Virus record (IMG/VR): IMGVR_UViG_3300027793_002658
DNA from: an uncultured virus (IMG/VR IMGVR_UViG_3300027793_002658)
Lineage: Duplodnaviria > Heunggongvirae > Uroviricota > Caudoviricetes
Length of the DNA stretch: 61,450 bases
Reading direction: 5' to 3' (one strand)
Shown: piece by piece, positions 10,526 to 21,394 of the stretch
Layout: each line of letters opens with the position of its first letter
Position numbering within the stretch: the first letter of the stretch is position 1
Translations under genes and position numbers: made by a program
The notes under the pieces: model-generated
What the model was told of the DNA's origin: nothing
The model's input: the letters and a program-made list of their open reading frames with translations, nothing else
Database searches by the model: none

Positions 10526-13500
10526 TTATGAAAGTTTTTCTATTTTAATGCTTGTAATTGGAGTTGGACTTCCGTTGTAACGAATTAGTAAATAAATTTC
10601 ATCCTGTGCCGTATTAGTGTTATCCAATATTGCACCGTCAGCAGCTCTTGTTGGAAATATAAATATACCACTTGAGTTACTTGCACCTGTGCCGTTGTTT
10701 CCGTATAAATCAATATTTGATCCAAATGGATTTACACCACTTGTACTTAAGTTGGAAGGTGCTACACTAGATGATATTACGTTGGTTGATAAATTATTTA
10801 CATCATACAAACGGCATCGAGCATAAACATTACTATTTGCGCTTTCAAATAAAATAGCCATTGCCACACTATTTGATGCAGTAGAATCCCAATTTACCAA
10901 TGAAGTATTTCCCGTGAGTGTAATTTGTAATTTATTAACAACGACATTACTCTTGAATCTACGTACATAATATTTGTATGTTGTACCATATCCACTTGGA
11001 TACCAATAACCATTTGAGCCACCCGGATTTACTAAAAATCCGGGTTTGACTTGTAAAGATGACGTAGCCAATACAGAAGCACTGTTAAACGATGATCCGC
11101 TCATATTTAACATATTGTCAGCTAATACGATGCGATTTGCTTCGTCCAGCAACTGTTCTGTAATTGCACCCGGATTCAATGATTGTGAACCAAACGTTAA
11201 AGATGATGTCACGTAGCCTTCTGGTCTTCCAAAATACAATAAACTACCACTTGAAGCTGGTGTACCAAATGATCCTGCTGTGTGAACATTGTATGTTTGG
11301 GATCCTACGACAGTTCCGCTGCCTGCTCTATTGTATGTAGTTGTAGATACGGCGAAGGTTGAAAATGACGAACCTGAACTTGCAGCATTGCTACCTGTTC
11401 CACCCGCATTTAGAGTCAAATCAAATACAACAACATCACTTTCAAACGGATAACTACCAACGGTGCGAGTGGTAACATAATCTGATGATTTTACAACACC
11501 CGCAGTTTGAATAGTTGGATTTGTAGTTAATGACGAGCTATTTGGAGTAACAAACCCAAGGGTGGCATTTGTAAAAGATACACTTGACACGATTCCATTA
11601 TAATATAATGGATTAAATGCTCCGCTTGATGTTATAGTATAGCGATAACTAGATCCGCTTGTTAAATATGGTGCTCCACTCAAACTTCTTGTGACAGCAC
11701 TAATATAACTACCGGAACTACTTGGTGAAGTAATAGTTTGGGTAAATGAGCCATCCGTTAACGGTGTATAATAATAAGTTACTGTGGATGGAGTATAAAC
11801 TCTATATGCTGAACTACCAGAACTAATACCAATACTTGCACTAAACACATAGATACCACTGCTGCTAATGTTTGATAATGCAATACTATTGGTTAAATTA
11901 GAACCAGTGAAATTACTGAAATATCCATCTTGATAAACAGGAGGAATAACTGCTATATTTGCTGATGGCACTGTATTAAGTGCAATTGGCGTGGCAATTG
12001 ACGGTGTTAAATTAGTTGTCGATTGACTTAGAATAATCGATGCAGAATTATTTGTATAATTAATTGTGCCGGCACTACTTGATGCAAATGTTAATCTAAA
12101 AGATCCGCTAAGATTTACTTGTGTAATATTATTACTAGTTAATGGCCCCAATCCAAATGCACTGCTACCTAAACTTGAACTTACAGTTGTACTACCACCA
12201 ACAGTGCTTGCATAACTTATATATGCAGCACCACTATTAAATGTATAACCACTAAAAATTGTCGATCCAATTGTTGCCCATCCAAGCGGCTGCAAATATA
12301 AAATATTTGAGTTGGTACTTCCAGATGGAACTCTACCATTAATAGTTACAGTAGAACCAAATCCAGTGTTTGTACCAGTTACTCCGCTAAAAGTTCGTGT
12401 ATTTGGACTTGGTATCGGATAACTTGCGCTAAACGCTCCTGCAAAAAATCTAACGATATCTGATACATTTGTATTAGAGTTCCAAGTACTAAAATAAGAT
12501 CCTGTCATACTATCGCCCCATGGATAATTATCAGCCGGCGTTCCAACATTTATGTTTGATCCAGAATAACGACCGTAAAAATTAAAACTTCCACTATTAT
12601 TTTGTACATTTATAATGCTCTGTGTTTGAATTAACAATAAAGGTACATTCGATACACTTGAACTTATAAAATTATCGGTCGCAGCAACAAATGTTTGTGT
12701 ATTTGGACTTGAAATGAGATTTCCATTTACATTTAAATTTGAAATATATGATGCTGTTAGCGCATAACTTGAACTTAAATTGTAACTTGATGAAACCACA
12801 TTGTTTGCCCAACTGCTTGTAATCGGATATGTGCTTCCTGTTATTAAATTTGTTCCACCCGTGCTACTTGATATAAACAAACTTGAAGTCGCTACGCATA
12901 GATTTTTATTAACATTATCCCAAGTTACTACGTAATCTACATCGTTAATATTAGTTGCTGGTGAGCAATCAAAATTATTTACTTTTATACTACCGGTAAA
13001 ATTAGCTTCCGATGATACATTTAAAACACCAACTGTAATTGTTGATGTATCAAAGTTATTAATAGGACTACTACTGCCGCTTGGATCAAATGCTTGAATT
13101 GTTCTTAAATTTGAGTACACAATGTTTGAATTTGCATCAAACAATTCTGCTTTAATATCAAACAATTCATTTGGTTGATCAACCGGAAATGGAACTCGGA
13201 TTGTATATGAAGCATAATTAAATCCATCAATTTTTTCTTGTTGAAGGGAAATATTGTTTATAATTAAACTATTAAATTTTCTCGGTACAATTACAATCGT
13301 TCCAAATAAATCATTTAATGGAGTAAACTTAAATTTTAATGTATTATTAAAATTTCTAGATATAACAGCATCCGCGACCTGAATATTTCCTAACAATACG
13401 CCATATACTTCATTATAATTTTTTTCTTTTTTATTATTTGGATACGATCCTATTAAATAAATTGACAAATCCATCGAATCTGTCGCATTTTTTTCTAATA

Positions 13501-14872
13501 AATTACAATTAAAACTTAAAATATAATTTGTTTTTCCTAATAATTTAATAAAATTACAATCATACGCCGCTCCTCTTTGATCTAAATATTCATATTTATC
13601 ATATGGAATATATGTTGCATCACGATAAGATCCAGTGGTATCTAGTTTTACAATAATATAACCATCGTTTATAGAAGATCCCGTGATTTTTAGTCCATTG
13701 ATATAGTACTGTGAGTCTTCAAATAATTGAAAACTATTAGAGCTTGTAAACCAAAATTTATTAATAAAATCCTGCGAATAAAAGTTACCTAAATTTTGAT
13801 AACTCTTTATAGGAACATTATAATTTTTTAAATATTCAAATTGATTAAATGATTCATCAACGACAGTGGTATAGTCTTCGGGTACATTTAAACTTCTTTT
13901 ATATAATTTATGCCGTGTAACAGTTCCACTAAAAGTATCAATATTTCTATACGTAACTTCGGCAATTGAATTTTTTTTGTATCTAACATTTCCAGAAAAA
14001 TCAACACTTTCCGTCAAATAGCTTGCTGTTGTAAAATATACTGGATTATAGTCATACTCTGAATATAAAATTTCATATGTTCCGTCTATAATTTCTGTGA
14101 CAGAATTTTTATTATTTGCTGAATTTTTATAAATAAAAGGTGAGTCTAATTGTAAAGTCGTTGAATTAATTACATTTTTAATTAAAATTGATGACGTTGC
14201 ATTTACATTCTGCTCCTGTCCTGTCAATGTGTTTTTAATTTTACTGACATATAGGGTCGCATAAAAATTTTTAAAACTTGAAGAAAATACAGAATTTGTA
14301 GCAATTAATTGATAGTCTGTATATGACTTATTATATTTATTGTCCTCAACATTAAAATTAACAATTGGATATCCCGCTTTTGTGTAAAATGAGCCGGTGG
14401 CGGTTTTTGGATTTGCCTCATTTAAATTTGTTTTTGTAACAAATGTCAACAATGGTGTTACTTCTATCTGAGGCGTTGAATAAAATGCTACGTTACTATT
14501 ATTAATTACAGAATTATTAATATATATATTTGTTGAATATCTTACTACTTTATTTTTAAAAGTACCAACAATATACAATTTTCCTATACCAGTTGGGTTT
14601 TTTTGATAAACATGGAATGAATATATATTTTTTTGACTCTTATTTACAATATCTACATCTGTCGCTTTTTCATAGTATAGCTCTATACCATTTGCATCAT
14701 AAGCCTCAATCTTGATATCATTAGGTGGATTATTGATTATAATACTATTTTTACCTAATCCAAAATTGCTATCAAATCCGGAAATTAAAAAATATGTAGA
14801 CGACATCAATGAATTGTCGTCTACATCTACTTTAAGTCGGCTTAAGCTCTTACCAGTCTGGAATTGTGACAT
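10526..14872 (-). CDS. Large virion structural/fibre protein
   Basis: About 1450 aa, S/T/G-rich C-terminal half, SSSYA repeats; start placed at MSQFQ. Confidence 0.6.
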   Translation of the reverse strand: MSQFQTGKSLSRLKVDVDDNSLMSSTYFLISGFDSNFGLGKNSIIINNPPNDIKIEAYDANGIELYYEKATDVDIVNKSQKNIYSFHVYQKNPTGIGKLYIVGTFKNKVVRYSTNIYINNSVINNSNVAFYSTPQIEVTPLLTFVTKTNLNEANPKTATGSFYTKAGYPIVNFNVEDNKYNKSYTDYQLIATNSVFSSSFKNFYATLYVSKIKNTLTGQEQNVNATSSILIKNVINSTTLQLDSPFIYKNSANNKNSVTEIIDGTYEILYSEYDYNPVYFTTASYLTESVDFSGNVRYKKNSIAEVTYRNIDTFSGTVTRHKLYKRSLNVPEDYTTVVDESFNQFEYLKNYNVPIKSYQNLGNFYSQDFINKFWFTSSNSFQLFEDSQYYINGLKITGSSINDGYIIVKLDTTGSYRDATYIPYDKYEYLDQRGAAYDCNFIKLLGKTNYILSFNCNLLEKNATDSMDLSIYLIGSYPNNKKEKNYNEVYGVLLGNIQVADAVISRNFNNTLKFKFTPLNDLFGTIVIVPRKFNSLIINNISLQQEKIDGFNYASYTIRVPFPVDQPNELFDIKAELFDANSNIVYSNLRTIQAFDPSGSSSPINNFDTSTITVGVLNVSSEANFTGSIKVNNFDCSPATNINDVDYVVTWDNVNKNLCVATSSLFISSSTGGTNLITGSTYPITSSWANNVVSSSYNLSSSYALTASYISNLNVNGNLISSPNTQTFVAATDNFISSSVSNVPLLLIQTQSIINVQNNSGSFNFYGRYSGSNINVGTPADNYPWGDSMTGSYFSTWNSNTNVSDIVRFFAGAFSASYPIPSPNTRTFSGVTGTNTGFGSTVTINGRVPSGSTNSNILYLQPLGWATIGSTIFSGYTFNSGAAYISYASTVGGSTTVSSSLGSSAFGLGPLTSNNITQVNLSGSFRLTFASSSAGTINYTNNSASIILSQSTTNLTPSIATPIALNTVPSANIAVIPPVYQDGYFSNFTGSNLTNSIALSNISSSGIYVFSASIGISSGSSAYRVYTPSTVTYYYTPLTDGSFTQTITSPSSSGSYISAVTRSLSGAPYLTSGSSYRYTITSSGAFNPLYYNGIVSSVSFTNATLGFVTPNSSSLTTNPTIQTAGVVKSSDYVTTRTVGSYPFESDVVVFDLTLNAGGTGSNAASSGSSFSTFAVSTTTYNRAGSGTVVGSQTYNVHTAGSFGTPASSGSLLYFGRPEGYVTSSLTFGSQSLNPGAITEQLLDEANRIVLADNMLNMSGSSFNSASVLATSSLQVKPGFLVNPGGSNGYWYPSGYGTTYKYYVRRFKSNVVVNKLQITLTGNTSLVNWDSTASNSVAMAILFESANSNVYARCRLYDVNNLSTNVISSSVAPSNLSTSGVNPFGSNIDLYGNNGTGASNSSGIFIFPTRAADGAILDNTNTAQDEIYLLIRYNGSPTPITSIKIEKLS

Positions 14873-14900
14873 ACATATATAAATATATGTCATTTAGAGT

Positions 14901-17900
14901 TTATACGGCCATAATTTTAGAAAATCCACGCTCTTTCTTGATTTCTAATTGCTTATCAACCATATCTTTCATAGCATCCAAATGACTTACAACCCATACA
15001 AAATCAAATGTATTGCGGAAGTACGACAATAGAGATGACATTGAATTGAGATTCTCTTTATCAGCACATCCAAATCCTTCATCAATTGCTATGAAATTAG
15101 GACGCGGCAAATTGGAGATATTTATTAATGCTACACGTATTGCAAGAGATAACACAAACTTTTCCAAACCGCTACCCATTTCAATTGGCCATTTCTTTCC
15201 ATCATAATTGATATGACCAATAACATTCTTTCCATCGGTTGTTAAATTGACAGTGAATTCAACAATTTGATGTAAAATATTATTAATTTCCGATTCTATT
15301 GTCGGTAACGCTTTGCTAATAAGATTGTATGGAATGCCGTCGCGACTGATTGCCATCATGTAATATGTGTATGCATGTTGTTGCAATTCCCATATTTTTG
15401 CATTTTTAATTTGTTCTTCATAATTGGCTTTTTGTTCGTTTGCCAACATCAATTTTCCATTCAAATCTGAAATTTTACGAGTTGCTGTCTTTATTAGACT
15501 ATCTAATTTATTAATATTGTCTTTTATTATTTTTATTTTTTCGTTTGTATTCTTATTAGACTCAATTGCATCTTTTTGTTTATAATACAAGGTAATGTCT
15601 TGTTCTAGAGTCAGAAGTTGATTCTCAAACTGAACAAGTTTTGTGGAATTTTTCAAAAACTCCGAGTTAGCATAATTATATTTTCTTTCCAGATCAGATT
15701 TTCTCTGAATAAGTTCATTGACTTTTTGGTTTTTTTCAACAACATCAGAAACCAAATTAATATCATCAATTAGATTATCTTTACGAAGGGTTAATGATTC
15801 AATTTCTATCTGAATCTTGTTGTATTCCTCACCTGTTTTATTGATGTGATCTGCGTGTTTTTTGTTTGCTTTTACGCAAAAAGAACAATGCGGATCATAC
15901 TCCATATTACTTCCAAAACTAGATAATATTGATTTTTTGGATGCTTTTTCTATGGTTTTCTTGTCAATTTCATTTTGAATCTTTTGAAGATCGCGATTCA
16001 AATTATCATAATGAGTTGTATTAGTTTTTAGTTTAATCAGATCAAACTTGTTTAATTCAATGTCAATTGCATCAATGACATGTTTTAACTTTTCAACCAA
16101 TTGTTTAATCGATATATTATTTTCTGCCAAGGTATTTTTTTCAGAAATTATCTTCTTTTGAGTAGACTCCAACAAAATAATATTAGTCGGAGCATTGCCA
16201 ATATTTATAATATTGGCCATTTCTTCCATTAATCTTTCATTTTCATATTTAAATTTAGATTCGACTTTATCTAATTCAATATTTTCAGTCTCAAGATTTT
16301 TCTTTAATACAACAATTTCCTGAATTCTCTGTTCAAGTAATTTTGGATAATCGGTTTTATTATAATTTTTAAGGAGTGTAGTAATTTCTTTGCTTTCAGA
16401 CTTGGCAATTTGATCCAATTGATCGTATACTGTAATTCCCATGAATTTGGCGATCAAATCTTTACGATCTGCCTGCCCCATATCAATGAAATTACCTACG
16501 CTATTATTTTGAATGCTTAATACAGTTAGTAGAAAATCATCGTATGTACCAATATAATCACGTATAACATCATTTGTATTACGTCGTGCCTCGCCATTTA
16601 AATCGATCATTTTGTTGTCTTTATCTAATTGATAAAATTTTACATCAACTTTGACATTTCCTTTTTTGTCCTGAACACCAACTCGTTCAATAAAATAATC
16701 AACTCCCTCAATTTCAAAATTAAATTTGCAATTGAAGCTCATTTTTTGTGTATTCAAAACATGAACCGCTTTAAATGCACGATCACATTTATCAAACAAA
16801 CAGTACGATAATGCAGACAAAATACTACTCTTACCGCTTGCATTTGCAGCAAATAATCCAATTAATCCTTTGAGTGTAGTAAAGTCAATCACATTGCCTT
16901 CTCCATAAGAGAACATATTTTCAAACTCAAACCGCTTTGGCTTCCAACGAATATTACGAGGAACAAGTTCTTTTTCTAGCTTACCATTGACATCTTTATT
17001 GATTTCAAAAATCTGATCAATCAATTCTTCAGTCATTACTTCGCGTTTCTTTTCTAACAAAAACTCTTTGATCAATTGATTTTGATAATCAACATTTGAT
17101 GCAATACTGATAAGATTGATATTTGTAGTATCAATGATATTTTTCTTTTCTTCATCTGTGTTGATTTTATCATATGTAATTTCAATTAATTCATGCTTTT
17201 TGCTCATTTTTGCCATCAAAGATTTTACTTCTGACGGAATTGTTTCTTTACATTTTGCTCTTAATGTAACTTTTTTAGGCATGCTGCTTACATCAGTCAG
17301 CAATTTACCCTTTTCAATTTCTACGGTAAAAAATCCGTAGTCATTTGGCAATTCTACATGTGTATATTCATGATGTTTAATGTCCCATATTACATATCCG
17401 TGTTTCTCTAAAGCTTCACCATGATTCTGTTGAATCATAGATCCCGCGTATAGAATAACAGGTTTATTATAATTGACACTATGTTCTTGAAGTCTCTGAA
17501 ATTTATGAATATCTCCCAACAAAACAATATCATGACCGTCAAAACTATCATTTGATACTGTTTTACTCACCACTCTATATCCAACATCAGTGGTAGCACC
17601 TTGAACAGGACCATGAAATAATGCGATTCGTGAATCAGTCTCGTTAATTAGTTTTTTAGGAATGTTAGCCGCAGGAATATACTTTGTATAATCATCAAAT
17701 ACAGAATAATGATTGAATAACAAATTTCCCAACACAAACAAGCCACTTTCTTTAAGATAAAATAGGTGTGGGTGGTTCAATGGTTCAACTACTGAAGTTA
17801 AACTATCCAATCTAGTTTTATTGTTTAATGTTGCATCGTGATTGCCTGAAATAAGAATGGTTGTACGTTTATCAGCAATTGTCTTCAGAAAATCACTGGC

Positions 17901-18116
17901 TAATTTAAGCGATTCTGGAACCAAGTCAGTTTTATTATGAAATAAATCTCCTAGAATTGCAACAACGGTTGTTTCTGGAGTTTTATCTATCTCTTTATAA
18001 AATTTTTCAAATACTTCACGATATTCTTCATGTCGCTTTAACAGACGAATGTGAATGTCCGCCACATGAACTATGTGAGTAAATTTTTTTACATTTGTAT
18101 TTAAATACTTTGTCAT
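14901..18116 (-). CDS. Mre11/SbcD-Rad50/SbcC fusion (gp47-gp46-like recombination nuclease-ATPase)
   Basis: DIH, GD, GNHD, FHG, GDIH phosphoesterase motifs; Walker A ANASGKS; CSFC hook; GSGLE; IDEGFG; VSH. Confidence 0.9.
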   Translation of the reverse strand: MTKYLNTNVKKFTHIVHVADIHIRLLKRHEEYREVFEKFYKEIDKTPETTVVAILGDLFHNKTDLVPESLKLASDFLKTIADKRTTILISGNHDATLNNKTRLDSLTSVVEPLNHPHLFYLKESGLFVLGNLLFNHYSVFDDYTKYIPAANIPKKLINETDSRIALFHGPVQGATTDVGYRVVSKTVSNDSFDGHDIVLLGDIHKFQRLQEHSVNYNKPVILYAGSMIQQNHGEALEKHGYVIWDIKHHEYTHVELPNDYGFFTVEIEKGKLLTDVSSMPKKVTLRAKCKETIPSEVKSLMAKMSKKHELIEITYDKINTDEEKKNIIDTTNINLISIASNVDYQNQLIKEFLLEKKREVMTEELIDQIFEINKDVNGKLEKELVPRNIRWKPKRFEFENMFSYGEGNVIDFTTLKGLIGLFAANASGKSSILSALSYCLFDKCDRAFKAVHVLNTQKMSFNCKFNFEIEGVDYFIERVGVQDKKGNVKVDVKFYQLDKDNKMIDLNGEARRNTNDVIRDYIGTYDDFLLTVLSIQNNSVGNFIDMGQADRKDLIAKFMGITVYDQLDQIAKSESKEITTLLKNYNKTDYPKLLEQRIQEIVVLKKNLETENIELDKVESKFKYENERLMEEMANIINIGNAPTNIILLESTQKKIISEKNTLAENNISIKQLVEKLKHVIDAIDIELNKFDLIKLKTNTTHYDNLNRDLQKIQNEIDKKTIEKASKKSILSSFGSNMEYDPHCSFCVKANKKHADHINKTGEEYNKIQIEIESLTLRKDNLIDDINLVSDVVEKNQKVNELIQRKSDLERKYNYANSEFLKNSTKLVQFENQLLTLEQDITLYYKQKDAIESNKNTNEKIKIIKDNINKLDSLIKTATRKISDLNGKLMLANEQKANYEEQIKNAKIWELQQHAYTYYMMAISRDGIPYNLISKALPTIESEINNILHQIVEFTVNLTTDGKNVIGHINYDGKKWPIEMGSGLEKFVLSLAIRVALINISNLPRPNFIAIDEGFGCADKENLNSMSSLLSYFRNTFDFVWVVSHLDAMKDMVDKQLEIKKERGFSKIMAV

Positions 18117-19051
18117 ATTAATTTCATTTTAATCAGATTGTCAAATTCAATGATGGGAGATTTATTGATGATTTCCCATGTTTTATCAAATCCCAATAGT
18201 GATGGATCCTTTTCTTCCAGTTTAACCCAAGCAGTAGGAATATGGTTACGTACCAGATACTCGCATAATTTTACTGTGTCAGCGTAAGCATCATTATCTA
18301 ACAATACATTTACTCTAGGTACGTCGCTTTCAAGCAAACGAGCTTTGAGTTTCTTGGACATATTCTTTCCAAATAATGGAATAACATTTCTACGAACAGA
18401 TATGGCATCAAATTGTCCTTCAACCAAAGTGATAGGTTCATCAAAATTGATTAACAGTTCATTTCCAATGATATTTTTAGAAAAATTACATAGCTTATAT
18501 TTGTGTCCTGATAATCCCAAATAATCACGGGCGGAAAAGAAATTCAACTTACCATCAACGTCATATGATGGTATGATAATACGGTGTTGATAATAACCAG
18601 TGTCACAATATCCAATATTGTATCGTAGAATATCATATTTTGTTATGTTACGCGCAAGTACATAATTGAGCGCCATTTTATAATGGCGTGTATTTGAAGG
18701 AATCGCAAGTGGTTTGAATTCATCCGGCAATCTATTAATTGCAGTTACTTCCTGTAAGTCATCAAAATTTATTTTCCATTCAGAGCCATCGGAACGCATC
18801 TGTTCGACTTCTCCCAGTATTGCATAATACTCCGACGAAGCTTGCATTTTCTTAAATAAGGAGCGAAAACTAAGCCCTCTGAAATTACAGACCCAACAAT
18901 TATATTTGCCTGTTGTAAGACTAACTTCTAGTTTACGTTTATAATGTTTGCAATGAGGACAGTAATAAACTGCGTCTGTTCCTTTACGGATTTTTGCTGT
19001 CTGATTAAACAGTTTGTTGAGTGCTACCAAAATTGTCTCTTGTCTTAGCAT
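18113..19051 (-). CDS. DNA primase (DnaG-like, Zn finger plus TOPRIM)
   Basis: CPHC...CWVC; RIIIP; VEGQFDA; LDND; KDP. Confidence 0.85.
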   Translation of the reverse strand: MLRQETILVALNKLFNQTAKIRKGTDAVYYCPHCKHYKRKLEVSLTTGKYNCWVCNFRGLSFRSLFKKMQASSEYYAILGEVEQMRSDGSEWKINFDDLQEVTAINRLPDEFKPLAIPSNTRHYKMALNYVLARNITKYDILRYNIGYCDTGYYQHRIIIPSYDVDGKLNFFSARDYLGLSGHKYKLCNFSKNIIGNELLINFDEPITLVEGQFDAISVRRNVIPLFGKNMSKKLKARLLESDVPRVNVLLDNDAYADTVKLCEYLVRNHIPTAWVKLEEKDPSLLGFDKTWEIINKSPIIEFDNLIKMKLI

Positions 19052-19661
19052 GATTATTTTGAATCACTGTATCAGAATGATTTGCTTCGATCAAGTTTTT
19101 ATCTTCAGAAAGTTTTTTCCATGGATTTGCTTCTATCGCCACAGCCAATTTCATCAATTTGATCATGTCAAATTCAGATTCTGTGGAGTTATTGCCTTTA
19201 TTTTGTTCACTATTCATATTGGGAACTTCCAGTGCAGGTTCTTGTGCCGACTGTGGTTTTGGTATAAACCCAATTGCGTTTCTTGAAATTATTGCTTGCA
19301 TCAAATACATTGAATAATCATCAAAATTTTTTTGATAATATTCATATGCATCAACAATATTATTATATTGCTCATCCGTTAATTTAATTCTCAATATATT
19401 TTTAGACTCGCCACAGCCAAATGACGGAGTTTGTAAAATCATGCAAATCAAATTAGACAATAATTTTCTGTCATGTTGGTGTCTAATAATAAAATAACGA
19501 TTATGAGATTCTTGCAATTCAACAAAATCAGCGTCTGAAAGATTGTATTTTTCATATAATCTTTGAAGTTTGATCTTTGCAGACTCCGCTTCACCACCAA
19601 CACCATGATCCGCTAATTTTTTTACCTTGCGTACTAATTCCAATATGGTTTTTTTATCCAT
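19005..19661 (-). CDS. Hypothetical protein, DUF2786-like N-terminus
   Basis: KVKKLADHGVGGEAESA. Confidence 0.55.
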   Translation of the reverse strand: MDKKTILELVRKVKKLADHGVGGEAESAKIKLQRLYEKYNLSDADFVELQESHNRYFIIRHQHDRKLLSNLICMILQTPSFGCGESKNILRIKLTDEQYNNIVDAYEYYQKNFDDYSMYLMQAIISRNAIGFIPKPQSAQEPALEVPNMNSEQNKGNNSTESEFDMIKLMKLAVAIEANPWKKLSEDKNLIEANHSDTVIQNNHAKTRDNFGSTQQTV

Positions 19662-19662
19662 A

Positions 19663-20160
19663 TCAATACATAGAAGTTACTATTGCATCATACATATCAA
19701 AATTACGATCATCCCAATTACCATTTTTCTTTGTTTTGTCCCATTTTGCTAATGGCATTTTGGCTTCAAGTTGCATTTTGACAAAATCTTTTGACTTTAT
19801 TCCTTTAATACGACATTTTCCAAACGCCTTTTTACGCATTGTATTGACACTAACTAAATTAACAGGTATTTTCCAATATTCACTTATAATATATTCAAAT
19901 AATGCATTGAATCTAGCAAGTTTAATAATAACTTGTTGGCTTGTGAATCCACCTGCAAATCCACTCAAAGCAGCTTCTAGATTGATTTTGTCTACTTTGT
20001 TTATAAGCGGATGTTTTTTCAGTGTGTCGATAACCAAAAATGCCTTTTCTTTGTTGGTGGATAATTTACTTATGTCAATAAATCCACAATCTTGTACTGC
20101 ATTTTGGTCAAAAAAAGACCACCCTACGGTGGTCGTGCTTGCATCAAATCCTAATGTCAT
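19663..20160 (-). CDS. RuvC-like Holliday junction resolvase
   Basis: LGFDASTTTVGW, INLE, DMYDAI RNase H-fold acidic residues. Confidence 0.75.
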   Translation of the reverse strand: MTLGFDASTTTVGWSFFDQNAVQDCGFIDISKLSTNKEKAFLVIDTLKKHPLINKVDKINLEAALSGFAGGFTSQQVIIKLARFNALFEYIISEYWKIPVNLVSVNTMRKKAFGKCRIKGIKSKDFVKMQLEAKMPLAKWDKTKKNGNWDDRNFDMYDAIVTSMY

Positions 20161-20182
20161 ATAACCATAAATAGTATAAAAC

Positions 20183-20479
20183 TTATGGTTTATATTTTTT
20201 ATTTGATAATCCTTGAGTATATTGAGATAATTGCTTAGAAGTACTGTTTCTGCGATCTGGTACATCAGCCAAGCTTGATAAGCCGGTAGGCATTTTTACT
20301 CTAAATCCACCTTTATCAATACTATATTTCTGACCTTGAATAGACGGTTCAACTGACGGTGCCACAGTATCCTCCGCCGTTACAATATTTTTTGCATCAA
20401 ACGCTCCTCCAGCTTTTTGCTTATTGTATCTACTTTCTAAATCAGTGATTAAAGAATCTCTATTGATTGGGTTGGGCAT
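20183..20479 (-). CDS. Hypothetical protein
   Basis: 98-aa ORF preceded by TATTTAT. Confidence 0.6.
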   Translation of the reverse strand: MPNPINRDSLITDLESRYNKQKAGGAFDAKNIVTAEDTVAPSVEPSIQGQKYSIDKGGFRVKMPTGLSSLADVPDRRNSTSKQLSQYTQGLSNKKYKP

Positions 20480-20506
20480 ATTTTATCTTTCTTTTTATAA
20501 ATATTG

Positions 20507-21391
20507 TTAAATATCCCATTTAACCAAAATATTTAGTGGTAATTCACCACTATTTTTAATTGGCATTCCTAATTTTGCTACACCTACCAATTCCGCTCCG
20601 CTATACAAACCAATCGTGGTAATAAATGGAGCCAAATAAGAACCAGTTTTATCTAGCGAAGAACTATAATCAAAATTAAAAAATTCAGTATTAATCTTAC
20701 CATGACCATACTTTCCGGTTTTTTCGTCCAAGTATCTTACGATTGATTCTGTGCTTTTACGAATTGATCGAATGTCGGCATATTTAAAAATTACATCTTT
20801 TGTCAATGTATTTGTAAAGTATTTAAACATTAAATATGCATCCGTGATTTGAATTTTACTGTTTCCATCAACATCGAAACTGTTGTATATAGATTCTAAA
20901 TAATTAATATAAGGAACATGATATGAAGAATCTTTACTTTGTAAATTATATTTTTCTGAGTAATATGTGTACCAATCAATGTCATCATCTGTGAAAAAGT
21001 TAGACAAATAATTATACCATTGGTAATCATTATTTACTTTTAAACTAATATATCTTAAAATTAAATCTAAATCAACATATGTAAAATAATTATTTTTATC
21101 AATATCAAATTCAAATACATTTGGAATCAATGCACTTGGATTTGTACTGTAATTGAATTCACCCGGTTCTATTCTGCACAGTACTTGTTTTTCATATAAT
21201 GTCTGCTGACTTTTATACGTAATATTGTATTTTGGTAATGTTAAATTAGATCTATCTTTCAATAATTCATCAAATACAGAACCGCTGTTTGAAAAAATAA
21301 TTTTTCCATTACGATAAAAAACATTTCCAACAACATGATCATTGACCAAATTATTTAAATCGTAAATATATGCAGATCCACTTGTTATCAT
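20507..21391 (-). CDS. Virion protein with two dockerin/EF-hand-like repeats
   Basis: DIDKNNYFTYVDLDLILRY and DVDGNSKIQITDAYLMFKY; C-terminal TTIGLY...VAKL..P shared with 23432-24526. Confidence 0.6.
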   Translation of the reverse strand: MITSGSAYIYDLNNLVNDHVVGNVFYRNGKIIFSNSGSVFDELLKDRSNLTLPKYNITYKSQQTLYEKQVLCRIEPGEFNYSTNPSALIPNVFEFDIDKNNYFTYVDLDLILRYISLKVNNDYQWYNYLSNFFTDDDIDWYTYYSEKYNLQSKDSSYHVPYINYLESIYNSFDVDGNSKIQITDAYLMFKYFTNTLTKDVIFKYADIRSIRKSTESIVRYLDEKTGKYGHGKINTEFFNFDYSSSLDKTGSYLAPFITTIGLYSGAELVGVAKLGMPIKNSGELPLNILVKWDI

Positions 21392-21394
21392 AAT

